A stretch of 63,631 nt of DNA, counting the filler, from Octopus bimaculoides (taxonomy: Eukaryota), in the NCBI RefSeq assembly GCF_001194135.2. It is 5 parts of 5 records of this genome, joined end to end, with 100 filler letters (N's around TTAATTAATTAA, not from the genome) between each part and the next. Parts side by side here need not be neighbours in the genome. Positions count along the whole stretch, not along the records: positions 37,768 to 54,396 come from NC_068986.1; 4 more parts are not named here. One strand, written 5' to 3'. Every line of letters starts with the position of its first letter. Position 1 is the stretch's first letter. The position numbers were made by a program, and so were the translations under genes. The notes beneath the pieces are model-generated. The model was given only the letters and a program-made list of their open reading frames with translations, was not told the origin of the DNA and ran no database searches. Shown here piece by piece: positions 37,768 through 51,260 of this stretch.

Positions 37768-38175
37768 TTGGTGCCACCTTGTTTATGGCTAGTGTTTCCA
37801 GAATCCACGTGTGGGGAACACTGTCGAAAGCCTTTTGGTAGTCCACCCAGGCCATACTGAGGCCTTTCTTCTTTCTGCGGCTGTCTTCAGTTATGGCTTT
37901 ATTGATCAATAATTGATCTTTACAGCCGTATGAGCCCTTGCAGCATCCCTTCTGCTCTTCTGGAAACAGGTTGTTATTTTCCAGGTGTTTACTCAATCTC
38001 TGCGATATTATTGCAGTAAAGGCTTTGTAGATCGTAGGGAGACAGGTTATAGGTCTATAGTTTTGTGGGTTCTCCGTTTCCGTGGATTTGGGGATTAAGA
38101 TGGTTTTCCCTTTTGTGAGCCATTCAGGCATTGTCTCTGGATCTGCTATTATGTTGTTAAAGTTTTCTTTCATTC
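37768..38175 (-). mobile_element. Dong/R4-like non-LTR reverse transcriptase fragment
   Basis: PEWLTKGKTILIPK...NYRPITCLPTIYK...EEQKGC...GCKDQLLINKAI...MAWVDYQKAFDSVPH; stop-free up to the gap. Confidence 0.92.
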
Positions 38176-39654
38176 TGTCACATGGAAAGTAACCCAGCAT
38201 ACTTTGTAAAGAGGTTGGCATTAGGAAGGGCATCAAACTGTAGAAAACCTGCCAAAACAGACAATTAGAGCCTGAGCAGCTCTCTGGCTAGCTAGTGCTT
38301 GTCAAACTGTCCAATCCTTGCCAGCATTGAAAATGGATGTTAACTGATGAAGACAATAATGATGTTTACAATCTGTTCATTCTGATTTCTTCTGTTAAAG
38401 GGTCAGTAAAAGGTACTAACTAAGAAGAAAGTAGAATGGCATATACCTCTTAGAAGAAAATGATTGAATAATTTTAAAATCGGCGGTGGCATTTTATCAT
38501 GTGTCTGATAATTTATTTGGCTTCTTCTTGACTGCTTCAAATACATGTAAATGAAATTAAAAAAGATAAACAGAATTTAAAAAGAAAAGATAAATAGTGA
38601 AAATGACAATGAAACAAAAAGATACACTTGTAAGCACCGATAGTCACAATTTCAACACCTGAAAATGCTGATATACATGGCATAAATAAAAGTACCAACA
38701 ACTACAATGCAAATTTGAGTCCAGTCAAAAAATGTTGAGTGGCATAAACTGGTAAGTTTATTCAAGGGTTAGGAGGGAGGTGACATATCTCTACTTTGTG
38801 AAGGCCAGAGGGAGCTTCATTATGCTCTCATAGGAATAGTTAAAGATAATGTATGATATGACATAATGCTTCATTGATAAGGATAAAGTAGATAGAAATG
38901 TGAGCCTGTTCTTCAAAATAAAGGACAAGAGGAAAAAGCAGACCACACTGGTGTACCACATACCTACTCATTAACTGGTGCTGCAATACAAAGGTCATTG
39001 TTGTAAGAGAATTACAACTAAGAATATTGGTGGCGCTGTCTCTTGACTTGTCTTTATCTTACTGGCATAGTATTGGCAGATGCTAAAATGACATGGAATG
39101 ATAAAGTTGGTGTGATATGCATGAATATGCTGGTTTTGATGACCCTTAGAGATCATAGAACAATCCTGTAGTTGCACTCTATTGTTGTTGCAAAGAGAAA
39201 GGTTGTATGTCTTGAGGTGCAGGATACAAAGTCCAGCTGTTATATATGTAACAGTAATAACCTCTTGAGAGCTATCATGAAGAGCTGAAAAAGTAGAGAA
39301 AAGATAGAGTAGGGAACAGCTGAGACAGCAGCAACAATAACTAGGACCAGAAGCTGTTGTTTTCAGAGCAACACTACACCAGTTACAGCTGTTATATCAG
39401 CTCTGAGGATAGCTAGAGAAATGGCCTCATCCTTTGTGCCAGAAGCCAATGGCTGGGAATCTTCTCCATGACAGCAGTCAGTAATACCATCTCATCATTT
39501 TACTAGAAGTATATGGAGAAGTGTTCAATTCCTCACTAGCCTGGCAGGAGGAGCAGTTACCAGGCTGTGGCTGAGAATGGTTTAGGAGCCAAAAGTGAGT
39601 TGGGTGAGAAGCAGTGTACCCATTCATCCTTAAGGATGCTGCTGCTGGAAACTA

Positions 39655-40810
39655 AAATATTTTTACCCAAACACCCCAAAGGAGTATTGTGGAGCAGATA
39701 TTTAACATTAGACTGCTCACTGATAAACATCTGCAACACCAGTCTGACTTCTATCACAACTTCAGTGATTTCAAAAAGGCTTTGATTGTGTTTGGCATGA
39801 TAGGTTGTGGTAGGTGATAAAGAATTACAATTTTAATAACAACCTCATCAACATAATCCAAGCACTGTATGAAAACTCAAGCAATGCAGTTCTTCTGAAC
39901 AACAACATCAAAGAATTCTTCAGGACAACAATGGGTGTTCGACAAGGACGTCCCTCTCTCTGATGCTTTCAAATATCTTCCTAGATTCCTAGAGAACATC
40001 ATGCAGGAAGACCTTCACTCCTCTGTTTCCATTGGAGGATGACCTATTTCTAACATGTGCTTTGCTGATGCATTGATCTGTTAGGAAGTAGTGAAGTAGA
40101 ACTACTGGAGCTCACCACTAGACTGGAAAAAATATCAGGAGCATACAGGGTGGAGATCAACCCAGCAAAGAGAAAAATCCTGGTTAACAGTAAAACCAAA
40201 ATGGAGAAACTTGATACTCTGGACACCTTCAAGAACATAGGATCCACTTAGACCAAGGATGGCAGATCTCAAAAGAGAAATAACAACATAACTCAGTTTA
40301 GCCTTTACTGCCATGACCAAGCTGAACAACATATAGAAAAGCAATTCCATTAGTTTTCCAACAAGACACTGGTGACTTCGATCCTTCTGTATGGGTGTGA
40401 GAGCTGGACCCTTACAGCTGGCATGGAGTGAAGAATTCAGGCATTTGAGCACAAGTGCTTCAGAAGACTAATACACATCCTGTATATAGAGCACAAAGCA
40501 AACATCTTTGTCAGGCAGCAAGTCAACAAATACACTGGCAGACAGGAACCACACCCTGCGCAGGTAGAAAGCTGAAAGCTTGCCTGGTACGGTCATGTAT
40601 CTTGTCCAACTCCCCGTCCAAAACCATTCTTCAAAACAGTTGAGGGAGGGCAAAAGAGAGGCAAACAGCGAAAATTATGGTTTGACAATATCAAGGACTG
40701 GACAGGTGACAACACAGCAAACCTGTTACGCACAACAGAGAAGAGACCAGTGACAACAGCTGACTGTAAAAGCATGTAGAGTGATGCCCCAACGATTCAT
40801 GATGATATGG
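39655..40810 (+). mobile_element. RTE-clade LINE RT and 3' region, decayed
   Basis: EQIFNIRLL...DFKKAFD..WH; YENSSNAVLLNN...FFRTTMGVRQG; IGG*PISNM.FAD; LYGCESWTL...IQAFEHKCFRR; KTILQ..VEGGQKRG. Confidence 0.85.
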
Positions 40811-41289
40811 AGAATTGAACAAGAGTGGCAAACTGTTGAGAACAGTGGGAAAAAAAGAGAAAAAGGCTCTCAAGAAAACAGAAAAAGGAATCCAAATAAC
40901 AGGCTAGTGAAATGTGTGAAAGAGAATCTGTCCTCTGTGAATTTATATTCATAAGGTTTCAAATAGCAAATGACTAACTGAACAGTTCAAACAAATGGTA
41001 AGAAAATACGGGTAAAGATCAAGTACGAATTTGCAAGAAGATGGCCTCTAAGTATGTGAAATAGGAGGATGTGCAAAGCGTTTTCATTGCACAAGTTTTT
41101 CTATACATGCATTACAACACAGTGTGTCAGATGGTGTTGTGTCATTATCCCATGGAGCCAGGTCTTCAAACGGCAAAGTGCGCTGACTGTGTATTCTTAG
41201 AATGAGAAGTATTGAGCCCTGCTTTAGACCAGCAAAAGCTTTCAGTGCTGAAGAGGAGAGAAAAAAGAGTTTAGCAGTAACTAAAGGAT

Positions 41290-41478
41290 AGAGATGAGGC
41301 ATTATGGATATTATTTACATTTGACGGATATTTGTTCTCATCTTGTTTGTTGTTAACAGATTTCAGCTGATATACCCTCCAGCCTTCATCAGGTGTCTTG
41401 GGGGAACTTTGAACCTGGGTTCTCATTCCTAAGGTATTTTTCGATGTTATTATTATTATTATTATTATTATTCAGTGA

Positions 41479-41517
<39 letters not shown>

Positions 41518-41674
41518 CATCGAAAAATACCTTAGGAACGAGAACCCAGGTTTGAAATTTATCCAAGATACCTGATGAAGGCTGGAGGGTATATCAGCCG
41601 AAATCTGTTAACAACAAACAGGATGAGGACAAATATCCGTCAAATGTAAATAATGTACATAATTCCTCATCTCT
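41290..41674. repeat. 385-bp near-perfect palindrome (4-nt loop) of Penelope-type terminal repeat plus microsatellite
   Basis: The arms are reverse complements, including (TAT)n/(AAT)n, and meet at TTCAG-TGAC-CTGAA (41471-41484). Each arm has CTGATGA-A-GGCTG..CAGC(C/T)-GAAA. Confidence 0.9.
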
Positions 41675-41699
41675 TAGATATAGAACTGTATCTTCAATT

Positions 41700-42070
41700 A
41701 GTTTCGAAAAAGAATCTGTCTGAATTGGAATATGTGATGACCAGCCTCAAGTGTATGTAAGCTTTGTCTTCTTTCATCTCCACTTGATGGAAATCATTTC
41801 GTAGGTACAGTGTTCTGAAGATGTAGTGTGCCACTTCTTTGACCATCTCAATTATTGGTTGAGGGTAGACATCTAGCAATATATAGCAGTTTATTATCTG
41901 TGAATAATCAATGACCATACATTTATTATGGTTATCACTGGATGTAACCAACAACTGGGACCCCACCCCTAGCAAACATGTTACACCAGAATTTATAAAC
42001 TTCTGGTTATTCAGTGAATGTCTTCTAGATTTTGCAACTATGGGTTTGTAATCAGTTATGAGATTATCAA
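41700..42070 (-). mobile_element. Decayed Gypsy RT N-terminal region
   Basis: KCMVIDYSQIINCYILLDVYPQP...FRTLYLRNDFHQV resembles RMVIDY...YPLP...FSTLDL..AYHQV. Confidence 0.7.
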
Positions 42071-43098
42071 ACAAAGAAGTAAGTGAGGAAGAAACAGTAG
42101 TGAGACTACATAGTCAGAGAAGGCTTAGTCCCACTAAACAGTATCTCTTCAGAAGAATAGTGCTTAAGGAAGTTTTTTCCCCCCAGAATGACATCACAAC
42201 AAAGATCAGGGATGACTGTTATATAATAGTCATTTGAAAATTATACACTGGTTTGTAGTGGCAGCTCATTGATAAAATTAGTGGGGGTGCTGCTTCAGAA
42301 AAAAAATTTAGCCATTGTTTTAATATTGTGTAAAAGGAAATCAACAGAAAAAGAAAATTTATACATAGACTTGATTGGTTTGCGTTTTAGCCACTGCCGG
42401 GTAGTGTGTTTAATTTCTTCACTGAACACCATCATGAATTCCCCCTTGTTTTTAAAAAATCCCCTCTAAATCACAAAATAAGGGTGGCGGGAATGTGCCC
42501 TATTTTTCAAATCTTGGCAGCAACACCGAAGCTGGAAGCAGGATAATAATCTAATTCTACACTTTATCACATTCAAGAATATAAACAGTTTTTAAGCACA
42601 ACACATGCGGAGTCAAAAAGAAACACTACCTTTCACCAGCACACTGGGATCAGCACTGCATGAACAACAGTGCTGTCTCTCCATAGCATGAAGCTTCCTA
42701 TCTCGGACATGTGAGCATGTGCACAACAGCCAAACACCACGTCACTGGAACTGGGAAGCACACAGTTCTATACAAGGATTTTTGTATTGTTTTCATAAAC
42801 TAGGGGATGGCTACTGACATTAAGCTTAAGGATTATATAATGTACAAGTATATAGAAAGAATTAAAGAAAAAAAGGACTCATTATATTGAATGTTATCGA
42901 TAATATCAAGTGGAAATAAGGGGTGCTGCAGTTTCGCAGTACCTATGCAAGAGTTGTCACTGCTGATTTGATACTTTCCTCTAACCTTAGCAGTAAAAAT
43001 GATAGCTGCCATTGAGACGTAACCACTTGTAAAAATTACCTTCCATTTAGAATCATATGAACATAATTTTTCTGCTGGGTCTTTAGAGGGTCAAACAC

Positions 43099-43600
43099 AT
43101 CGTCATCATCGTCGTTTAACGTCTGTTTTCCATGCTAGCATGGGTTGGACGATTTGACTGAGGACTGGTGAAACCAGATGGCTACACCAGGCTCCAATCT
43201 GATTTGGCAGAGTTTCTACAGCTGGATGCCCTTTCTAACGCCAACTACTCAGAGAGTGTAGAGGGTGCTTTTACGTGCCACCGGCACAAAAGCCAGTCAG
43301 GTGGTACTGGCAACGGCCACACTCAAAATGGTGTATTTTATGTGCCACCCGCACAAGAGCCAGTCCAGGGGCACTGGCAACGATCTCGCTCGAAAGTCTT
43401 TATACATGCCGCAGGCACAAGTGCCAGAAAGGCGATGCTGGGCACAGGTGCCATCACAATTTCGCTTTTGCTTGCCCCAATAAGTCTTCGCAAGCTGAGT
43501 TTCGTGTCCAATGAAGGAGACAATGTTGGCATGGGTGCCAGTCGTCGAATTTAACTCAATTTTGATTTCACTTGCTTCAACAGGTCTTCGCAAGTGGAGT
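43099..43600 (-). mobile_element. Repeat family B, long copy
   Basis: CATCGTCATCATCGTCGTTTAACGTC tail plus internal tandem units; matches 15274-15387 and 27520-27770. Confidence 0.78.
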
Positions 43601-45399
43601 AACTATATTAACTGCAGAGTGTTATTCAGCCATTTCCAGAGTAAATGAGTGCTCATGGGCAGTCTGCAGATCTAGTGTTAAGAAAAGGGGGTGGTTGGAG
43701 GGTATAAAAGGAAGTCTTGCTGACTTGCTTACCATTCTTGGGTCTTATTCAACGTTTTATCAAACGTTTATTGTGCTTGTTACCAACCAGAACATGGTAC
43801 AAAGGAGGTTACTTAGTTCTATAATGATAAATCACAGTTCAATAACAGCAATAACAATATTCTTCCCTTTATAATTCTTGAAGGAAGTTTCTTCACGACA
43901 TTTAATAATTTTAAAATGTTTTGAGTGTATTTGAAGAGTTTTCAAGAGTTTTCTCCCCTACAACAATAAACCTGCTGCGCGAGATGAAAATTCTGTTTTC
44001 TTTAGGTATCATTTTTATTCTTGTACTTTCTAACTCAACTTATTATAAATACAAAAGACATGCGTGATACACATTGTTGTCACTACCATTTTAAATGTAT
44101 TTTCCAATTTTTAGTCATAGATGCTCTGCTAACAATTTAACTTTGAAAAAGGGAAAATTATGTCTGGTCGAATCAAGCAGATTGGTGTACTCTTCCCAGA
44201 GTTGAAAGAACATTTGTAATATGATAGTGGAACATTATATGTGTCAAAGCTATAGGAGCAGTGTAGCGCTTATCATCAGTATTGCTGTGCTTCCATAGTT
44301 TTGACACATGAATTTTGGTGGTAGTTGAATAATGTGCATTGTTATTTTACAGTGTTGAGATTAAAACCACCCCCCCATGCAGTTTTCATGCTCGGTTAGA
44401 ATCTCTTTGTGGTGTAGGCTTATCTAAAATTATAATTGTATGTAAATTCCGATAAGCTCCAGTATTCCAGGGCACATTAATTTAATAATGGTTATTAATT
44501 TTTTGTCATTTGACCATTTTTATGTTACAAGTGCTGTTGATGTGTTCAGATAAGATTTCTATGACATAATTTTTCAGTATTTTACAACAGCTAATGACTT
44601 GAGATCTGTTACTAGTTGAGTTTACAGGATGCAGGCCTAACATCTTAAACTGTGGTCAGCAGTACATTATAACCTAGCAATGACATAGATATCAGTGAGA
44701 TGTATAGTCTACCTATACATGGTAAGTAGGGGAGGGGTACTGACAGGTGGTACTTTATTTTTACCAGGTAGTTTGAAGAAATGAAACAGTGTCTATAGCT
44801 TTTTTTGAGGCCACCCTAGAATGGTGAGGTCATTGTGGTTAATGTTCAGGTTAACAGTCTGAAGATTATGAAAGATCCAGAATTGTTTTTGATGATGAAG
44901 AATGTCCAATTGATTAAACTACCTATTCATTAAATTAGTGTATATGTGACTGAGTATTCCACAGATGTGTTCCCATAATGTAATTCTTAAGCCGAATCAG
45001 CTTGATGCAAGATTGAATTTTTGAATTATTGGTACATTCCATCTGATAGTTTCTGCAAAGTTTCCATCAAGTCTGTTTCATTCATAAAACTGGGGTTAGC
45101 CAAAGGTGAAGGTAAATGAAAAGTGCCCAAGATGCCTTGCAGTGAGACTGAACCTGGAAACTTATGTCTGCAAAGTAAACCTCTTAACCATATAAGTTTG
45201 CTTACATCCATGGACTAATGAAAAATTAAGTTTTGTAAAGAATTTTTGTACCTGGAAAGAGTTCCAGGAAGTTGCAGTGAAACGCTGTGGATATCAATGA
45301 GTGCAAAGGTAGAACATCTCACAACATTATTTGCCAAGTTCCCGTTTCTGTACTGTGACAAAGGATTAGGCATATTTCATGGCTGCAATGAGTAGACAC

Positions 45400-46700
45400 T
45401 TCGTAAATTTTGGAAAAATCTCATATCTACTTTTAGTCAATTAGGCCTCAAAATCACTGTAACCACTAACCTTTCTAAAATCAATTTCTTAGATGTTTCC
45501 CCAAACCTAAGCTCTACCATAAAACTTACAAAAACTTATGTATATGCTTAAAGAGTCTTGTCACCTCAACCTATAGTGTTTAAAAACCTTATAGCCAATA
45601 TCAGCAATAGGATATCTAATTTCTTCTTCTCTAAGGAAATACTCAATAAAGCAACTCCCTACAATAATAATACCCTGACTAACAGTAGCTTCAAAGAGAA
45701 GATAGCTTACACCTCAATAACTAAAAATACAAAACCCAAACATAGACCCAGAAAATTTATATGGTTCACTCTCCTTTTTTATCTTTGAATGTCAAGATTA
45801 ATGTAGGTAGAAAATTCCTGGCATTAATAGATAAGCTTTTCCCAGATAGCCATAGATACAGAAATTTTTTTTTTTTAGATGTTCAGTGTAAGTTTCGTAT
45901 AGCAGCTGCCTCAGCATGAAAAATATTATCAGTCACCGGTCACACTAGGTGCTTACACCAAGTAATAACTTTAGAGACCTAGAAATTTATCCACTCAACC
46001 AGGCATGTATGATTAGTTCAGTGATTTATGAATCTGAAGTTACTTCAGAGATCTAAAATAATGAAACTTTAAGAAAAAGTTCATTGATGTGTGTGACAGT
46101 GACTTTAAAAAAACATATGCCAACCACCAGTCTTCTTTTTGACAAATGGATAAGAAGAAAACCACGAAGTTAGCTATCCATATCTGGGAACTGAAGGCCA
46201 ACGATACACTACACACCATCAAGTGGAGCATCATTGAATGATTCACACCATATGCTAATGGATCAAAGAGATGCTGGGTTTGTTTAGCCAAAAAATCTAT
46301 CCTTTTTAAATCTAAGAACTCTGCTTGCATACTGAATTGTAGATCTGAAATTTTCATTAAATGTAAGCATTTGGACAAGTTCCTTTTACTGAACTGGGAA
46401 AAGCAATACCCTCTCTGGATTAAGTATGCATTCTCACAAACTTTAACCTTTCACTGTTGAACATATTACACCAACCATGTTAATTCCAGTTCTAATGGTC
46501 CATATTTCATTTTTTTTTTTTCTCACTCCACTTTTCCTTTTACCCTTTTTACTCTCATCTTTTCTTGTTCTTTTCAGTTTTTCTCGAAGAGCAGCTATGT
46601 TGTATTTTGACCATGAACGATTGTTTGGAAATAGACAGCATGTTATATAAACCTGTCAAACCATTTTATTTTCAGAGGTATATGAAACTAGTAGTAGCTT
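45400..46700 (+). mobile_element. Penelope-like retroelement (RT C-terminus, GIY-YIG, 3' region), decayed
   Basis: NLSKINFLDV; NISNRIS...KEILNKATPY; KFIWF...NVKINVGRKFLALIDKLFP; YANHQSSF...LAIHIWELK...IKWSII...PYANGSKRCWVCLAKK. Confidence 0.88.
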
Positions 46701-46770
46701 CAATTTAAATCTTGTGTATATATATATATATATATCAATCATTTAATATTCAAAGTATGTGTGTGTGTAT

Positions 46771-46857
<87 letters not shown>

Positions 46858-48290
46858 CACTGAACTCCAAAAGAAACGTACTGTAAAAGATTATTTGTTT
46901 CATACACGATGTTGAGATTTTATGGATTTTATCACATTTCTAGGTAATTTGACGTCACGATGATGTCACTGATCCACAACACCACTCTCTTTTGAAAACA
47001 CCAGGATTGCATGTAGGGTTCAAACTCGCTCACTTTTCGTGAACATGGTAATGCTTGCAAATGCATCCTTGTGAAAAGCATGATACATGTGCAAAGCACT
47101 GACTCATTGAGTATAAAAGGCACCAACATTTGCCAGCCTGTCACTTATTTCCCAAATGCAGCAAACATGCCAAGACTGACACAAAATCAGAGGGAGCAAG
47201 TCGTTGGACATCTCTATGCTGATCAATGTCCATGGGTCATTGCTAATGACTTGAACTGCAGTATTAGGACAATTGAGCGGCAGAGGAAATGATACAATAC
47301 TACAAACAGCATCAATCATCGTCCATGCAGTGGCTGACTGAGCATTACAACGGCATGTCAAAATCACCACCAATACCAACAGCATTTGCAGGACTGATTC
47401 TGGAAGGCAACGGAATCAGCTAGGCAGACCATACGGACTCACCTCAGACCCATTTGTGCAGAGACAATTTGCTGCTGGCTGAGGTCTTTCAATCTGTCTT
47501 GTTGATGTCCGGCTAGGGGCCCCATCCTCACAGATCAGCAGTAGAGGACTGTAGTCTTCTCTGACAAAAGTCGATATTGCATTTCTGTGGTAGATGGCAG
47601 AGCTAGGGTTTGGAGAAGAACATCATACTAATGGCTGTGTGATGGAGAGAGACTTATGGGGAGGACAGGGAATCATGGTATGGGGTGGGATTGCACTCAA
47701 CCAGATACTTTGACTGGTGACCTTCTAAAACATCGGCCAAGGCCAGAGAAATGGAGTGACCACTGCTCACTACATCAACCAAGTGTTGAGGTCTCACATT
47801 GTGTCATACTTTGCCTGTCATCAGAATCATGTGTTCCAACATGACAACGTCTATGTCCATACTCCAGGTTGACAACAAACTTCCTCCAACAGTACAACAT
47901 CCAGACACTGCCATGGCCTGCCCTAAGTCTGGACTTGAACCCCATAGAGCACCTGTGGGACAAAATCCAAAGAAGGCTAAATGACACCCGTCCAAGGCTG
48001 ACAACTGTGGCACAACTCACTGCAAGTTTCAACAGAGTGTGGGCTGCTATCCCCATCAATTGTTTGGTGCATTCTATGTACAGAAGATGCCTGGTGGTAA
48101 TCATCGCTAATGGTGGTCACATGAGACTTTGAGTTTATCTCATTAGATCCAGGACATTCCGTCATCATGTGACACCATGTGACATAAAACATGTTTCAGA
48201 AAATGACATTTTATCATGAGGAAAGAACAATTTCTTAATTAGCACTCTTCAATCAATGCTATGGCAGTGTGCGAGGTTTCTTTTGTGTAC
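46858..48290 (+). mobile_element. Tc1-like transposon, near full length, pseudogenised
   Basis: TA|CACTGAACTCCAAAAGAAAC start; MPRLTQNQREQVVG...; FQHDN...TTNFLQQYNIQTLPWPALSLDLNPIEHLWD; partial right TIR GTTTCTTTTG at about 48276. Confidence 0.85.
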
Positions 48291-49250
48291 ACGCACACAC
48301 CCACATACACATACACACACATATACATACGCACATACACACACGCACACATACTCGCACACACATGCAAACACACCTCTCACCAACACAACACACTCAC
48401 ACAGACACACATACAATCACACACACATGGGCATAAACAACACATGCACATGCACGCATGTACAGAAGCAAACGCATGCACACACACGTACACAGTAACG
48501 CACATATACACAACATACACACACATACAAACACACACACACGCACAAAAACATACACATACACACACGCGCATGCACAAAACACACACACACATACATA
48601 CAAACACATACACGCACACGTACCCAACACCTACAACTCCACACAAACACACACACGCACATCCACATAAACCCCCACACACGCACCACCCCTCCACACA
48701 TGCACACACACAGAAGACACATACACACACCGGCACAAACGAACCCACATATACACACATGCAAATGAACCCACACATAACTCCTACACATACACGACAC
48801 ACACTCACACACACACACACACACACCCAAGTATACATACATACACACACGCACATACATCACATGCACACACACAAGACACATACACACACATGTAGAA
48901 ATGAACTCACTTACACACACATGCAAATGAACCTACACACGACTCCTACACACACACTCTCACACACACACACCCAGGTGCACATACATGTACACACATG
49001 CAAATGAACCCACACATAACTCACATACACACACAACAAACAGTAACACATGCATGAACACATACTACGCATATACACGCACACACACCCACGTGCGATC
49101 CACAGAGCAAACCGCACGCATATACACACACACGTACACACACATATATATACACATACACACACGCACACAAAAAATACAAGCACACACTGCTAGGAAA
49201 TCACACCCACACAATACAGACACACACGCACACACACATACTCAAAAACT
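48285..49250. repeat. Long degenerate (CA)-rich simple repeat
   Basis: About 1 kb of interrupted CA/TACA; source of the spurious H/T and C/V ORFs. Confidence 0.9.
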
Positions 49251-49842
49251 GCTTGCCTACTTTCTACTGACAATTGTCCACACCACTCCCAAACTATTCC
49301 TGCTACTAATTCCTTCTNNNNNNNNNNNNNNNNNNNNNNNNNNNNNNNNNNNNNNNNNNNNNNNNNNNNNNNNNNNNNNNNNNNNNNNNNNNNNNNNNNN
49401 NNNNNNNNNNNNNNNNNNNNNNNNNNNNNNNNNNNNNNNNNNNNNNNNNNNNNNNNNNNNNNNNNNNNNNNNNNNNNNNNNNNNNNNNNNNNNNNNNNNN
49501 NNNNNNNNNNNNNNNNNNNNNNNNNNNNNNNNNNNNNNNNNNNNNNNNNNNNNNNNNNNNNNNNNNNNNNNNNNNNNNNNNNNNNNNNNNNNNNNNNNNN
49601 NNNNNNNNNNNNNNNNNNNNNNNNNNNNNNNNNNNNNNNNNNNNNNNNNNNNNNNNNNNNNNNNNNNNNNNNNNNNNNNNNNNNNNNNNNNNNNNNNNNN
49701 NNNNNNNNNNNNNNNNNNNNNNNNNNNNNNNNNNNNNNNNNNNNNNNNNNNNNNNNNNNNNNNNNNNNNNNNNNNNNNNNNNNNNNNNNNNNNNNNNNNN
49801 NNNNNNNNNNNNNNNNNNNNNNNNNNNNNNNNNNNNNNNNNN

Positions 49843-49871
<29 letters not shown>

Positions 49872-49875
<4 letters not shown>

Positions 49876-51010
49876 CCAAAAAAGTTAGCTAACTGCATAC
49901 TAAAAAAGTTAGCTTCACAAACATTAAACTGCTAAACAGGTAAAAACATTAGCAGAAGTTAACACTAAATGATAACTGCCAACTTTTATCATATAAATTT
50001 AGTTTCAGTTTGATTTTTTGGCTCTAAAATCCCTAAGAATAGTCTTAGAGAGCTGAAATTTTCATGTTGTAGCTTAGACATAGAGCTTTCCATAAAGGTA
50101 TAGCATGTCAAGGTCAGATGATGATCAAGGTGTACGCAAATAATTGAATGAACAAATGAAGCTAAACATTAGTTTTTCAATCAGCATACACTTTATTTAG
50201 TGTGCAAAAAGTATTAAATGAATCAAAATGGTATAGTATTGCATAGGAATCATGCCAAGATCAGATGATGATCAAGGTGTACCACTCTGGCTGGGCCTTC
50301 TCCATCACCATGACATGATGTTGGTTGCCCTTCATAAACATCAGCTTCTCAAAGTTACCATCTGACAGGGTGGCTTTCTTGGCCCTCAAAATATCTTGGC
50401 CTATAGAAAATAGGCATCCAACTGCAGCACTGGATGAGATGGCAGTGTTATATTTGGTGAACAGGTCGATCAAGACCTGTTCACCTAAAAAGGTAACTTC
50501 AGTCAGGACCTCCTTTGTGACAGCCTCCAGCCAGGTTTTCACCATGTTCCGTGCCTTAGATTTCAGTGACCTGTGGCTCCTGCTCTCCTGGAACCAAGTG
50601 ATGTTGCTGAAGAAATCATCTTCCTTATCCTCATTGCTGGTTGTGCTATTGCTCTCCATTAGGGCTGTCACTATGATAGTCTCCATGGCATTCGTTATTC
50701 TGCTACCCTGGCTGTTATTATACTGCTCCAGCCAGAACAGGTGAAACTTGGTGTGGATGGCAGCAGCCAGCTTCTTCTAGGTCTTCTAGGAGGAGCCCAA
50801 ACATACAGGAGATGTTTGAACTTGGCCTCTTTCAACTTCATGACAGTAGCTGCTACTGTTAGTAGAAGTCTCCCAAGATAAGCCTGGTTCTCCCCAGGAT
50901 TTTATCCACGGTCTTGGCAACATTAGATATCACCCTGGTGTACTCAGTCAGGAAGCCAACATCAGAATCAGTGAAGGTCTGCAGCTTTATCTGTGCCATC
51001 ACCTTATGGA
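49872..51010 (-). mobile_element. hAT transposon 3' part (transposase C-terminus and subterminal repeats)
   Basis: LAAAIHTKFHLFWL; DLFTKYNTAISSSAAVGCLFSIGQDILRAKKATLSDGNFEKLMFMKGN (hAT dimerisation domain); AGTTAGCT repeats at 49882-49915. Confidence 0.82.
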
Positions 51011-51260
51011 CAGAAAATGGAGATACAATTAATGGATATCAGTTGATTTACATCAATTACCATTTATTAATTAGTTACAAAAAGACAGAATCTTGACTGT
51101 TTCAGTTGTCATGATTCTCAGTACTAGCCGCTACAATAATAATAATGATAGTTATCATTGTAGGTAATTAGTTATACCAAACTGAATCATGTAACATCAT
51201 CAGAGTGGAATAATAAATAGAATATAAGTAAAAAGAAACAGAAGAAAAAGAAGGAATATG
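51011..51260 (-). repeat. Penelope-type terminal repeat, inverted copy with disabled hammerhead
   Basis: Reverse complement of 53940-54193; CTGATGA at 51203-51197, GAAAC at 51103-51099, AGCTGTA missing. Confidence 0.75.

Noticed and set aside
38964-39060. Phase-2 donor AG|gtatgt that could precede exon A (…HQLMSR)
   Set aside because: The acceptor is ambiguous and the upstream peptide is not EF-hand-like. Similar phase-2 candidates at about 43040 and 43971 are equally unsupported.
41084-41250. Strong minus-strand acceptor ctcttttttctctcctcttcag
   Set aside because: No clear compatible donor and no recognisable peptide.
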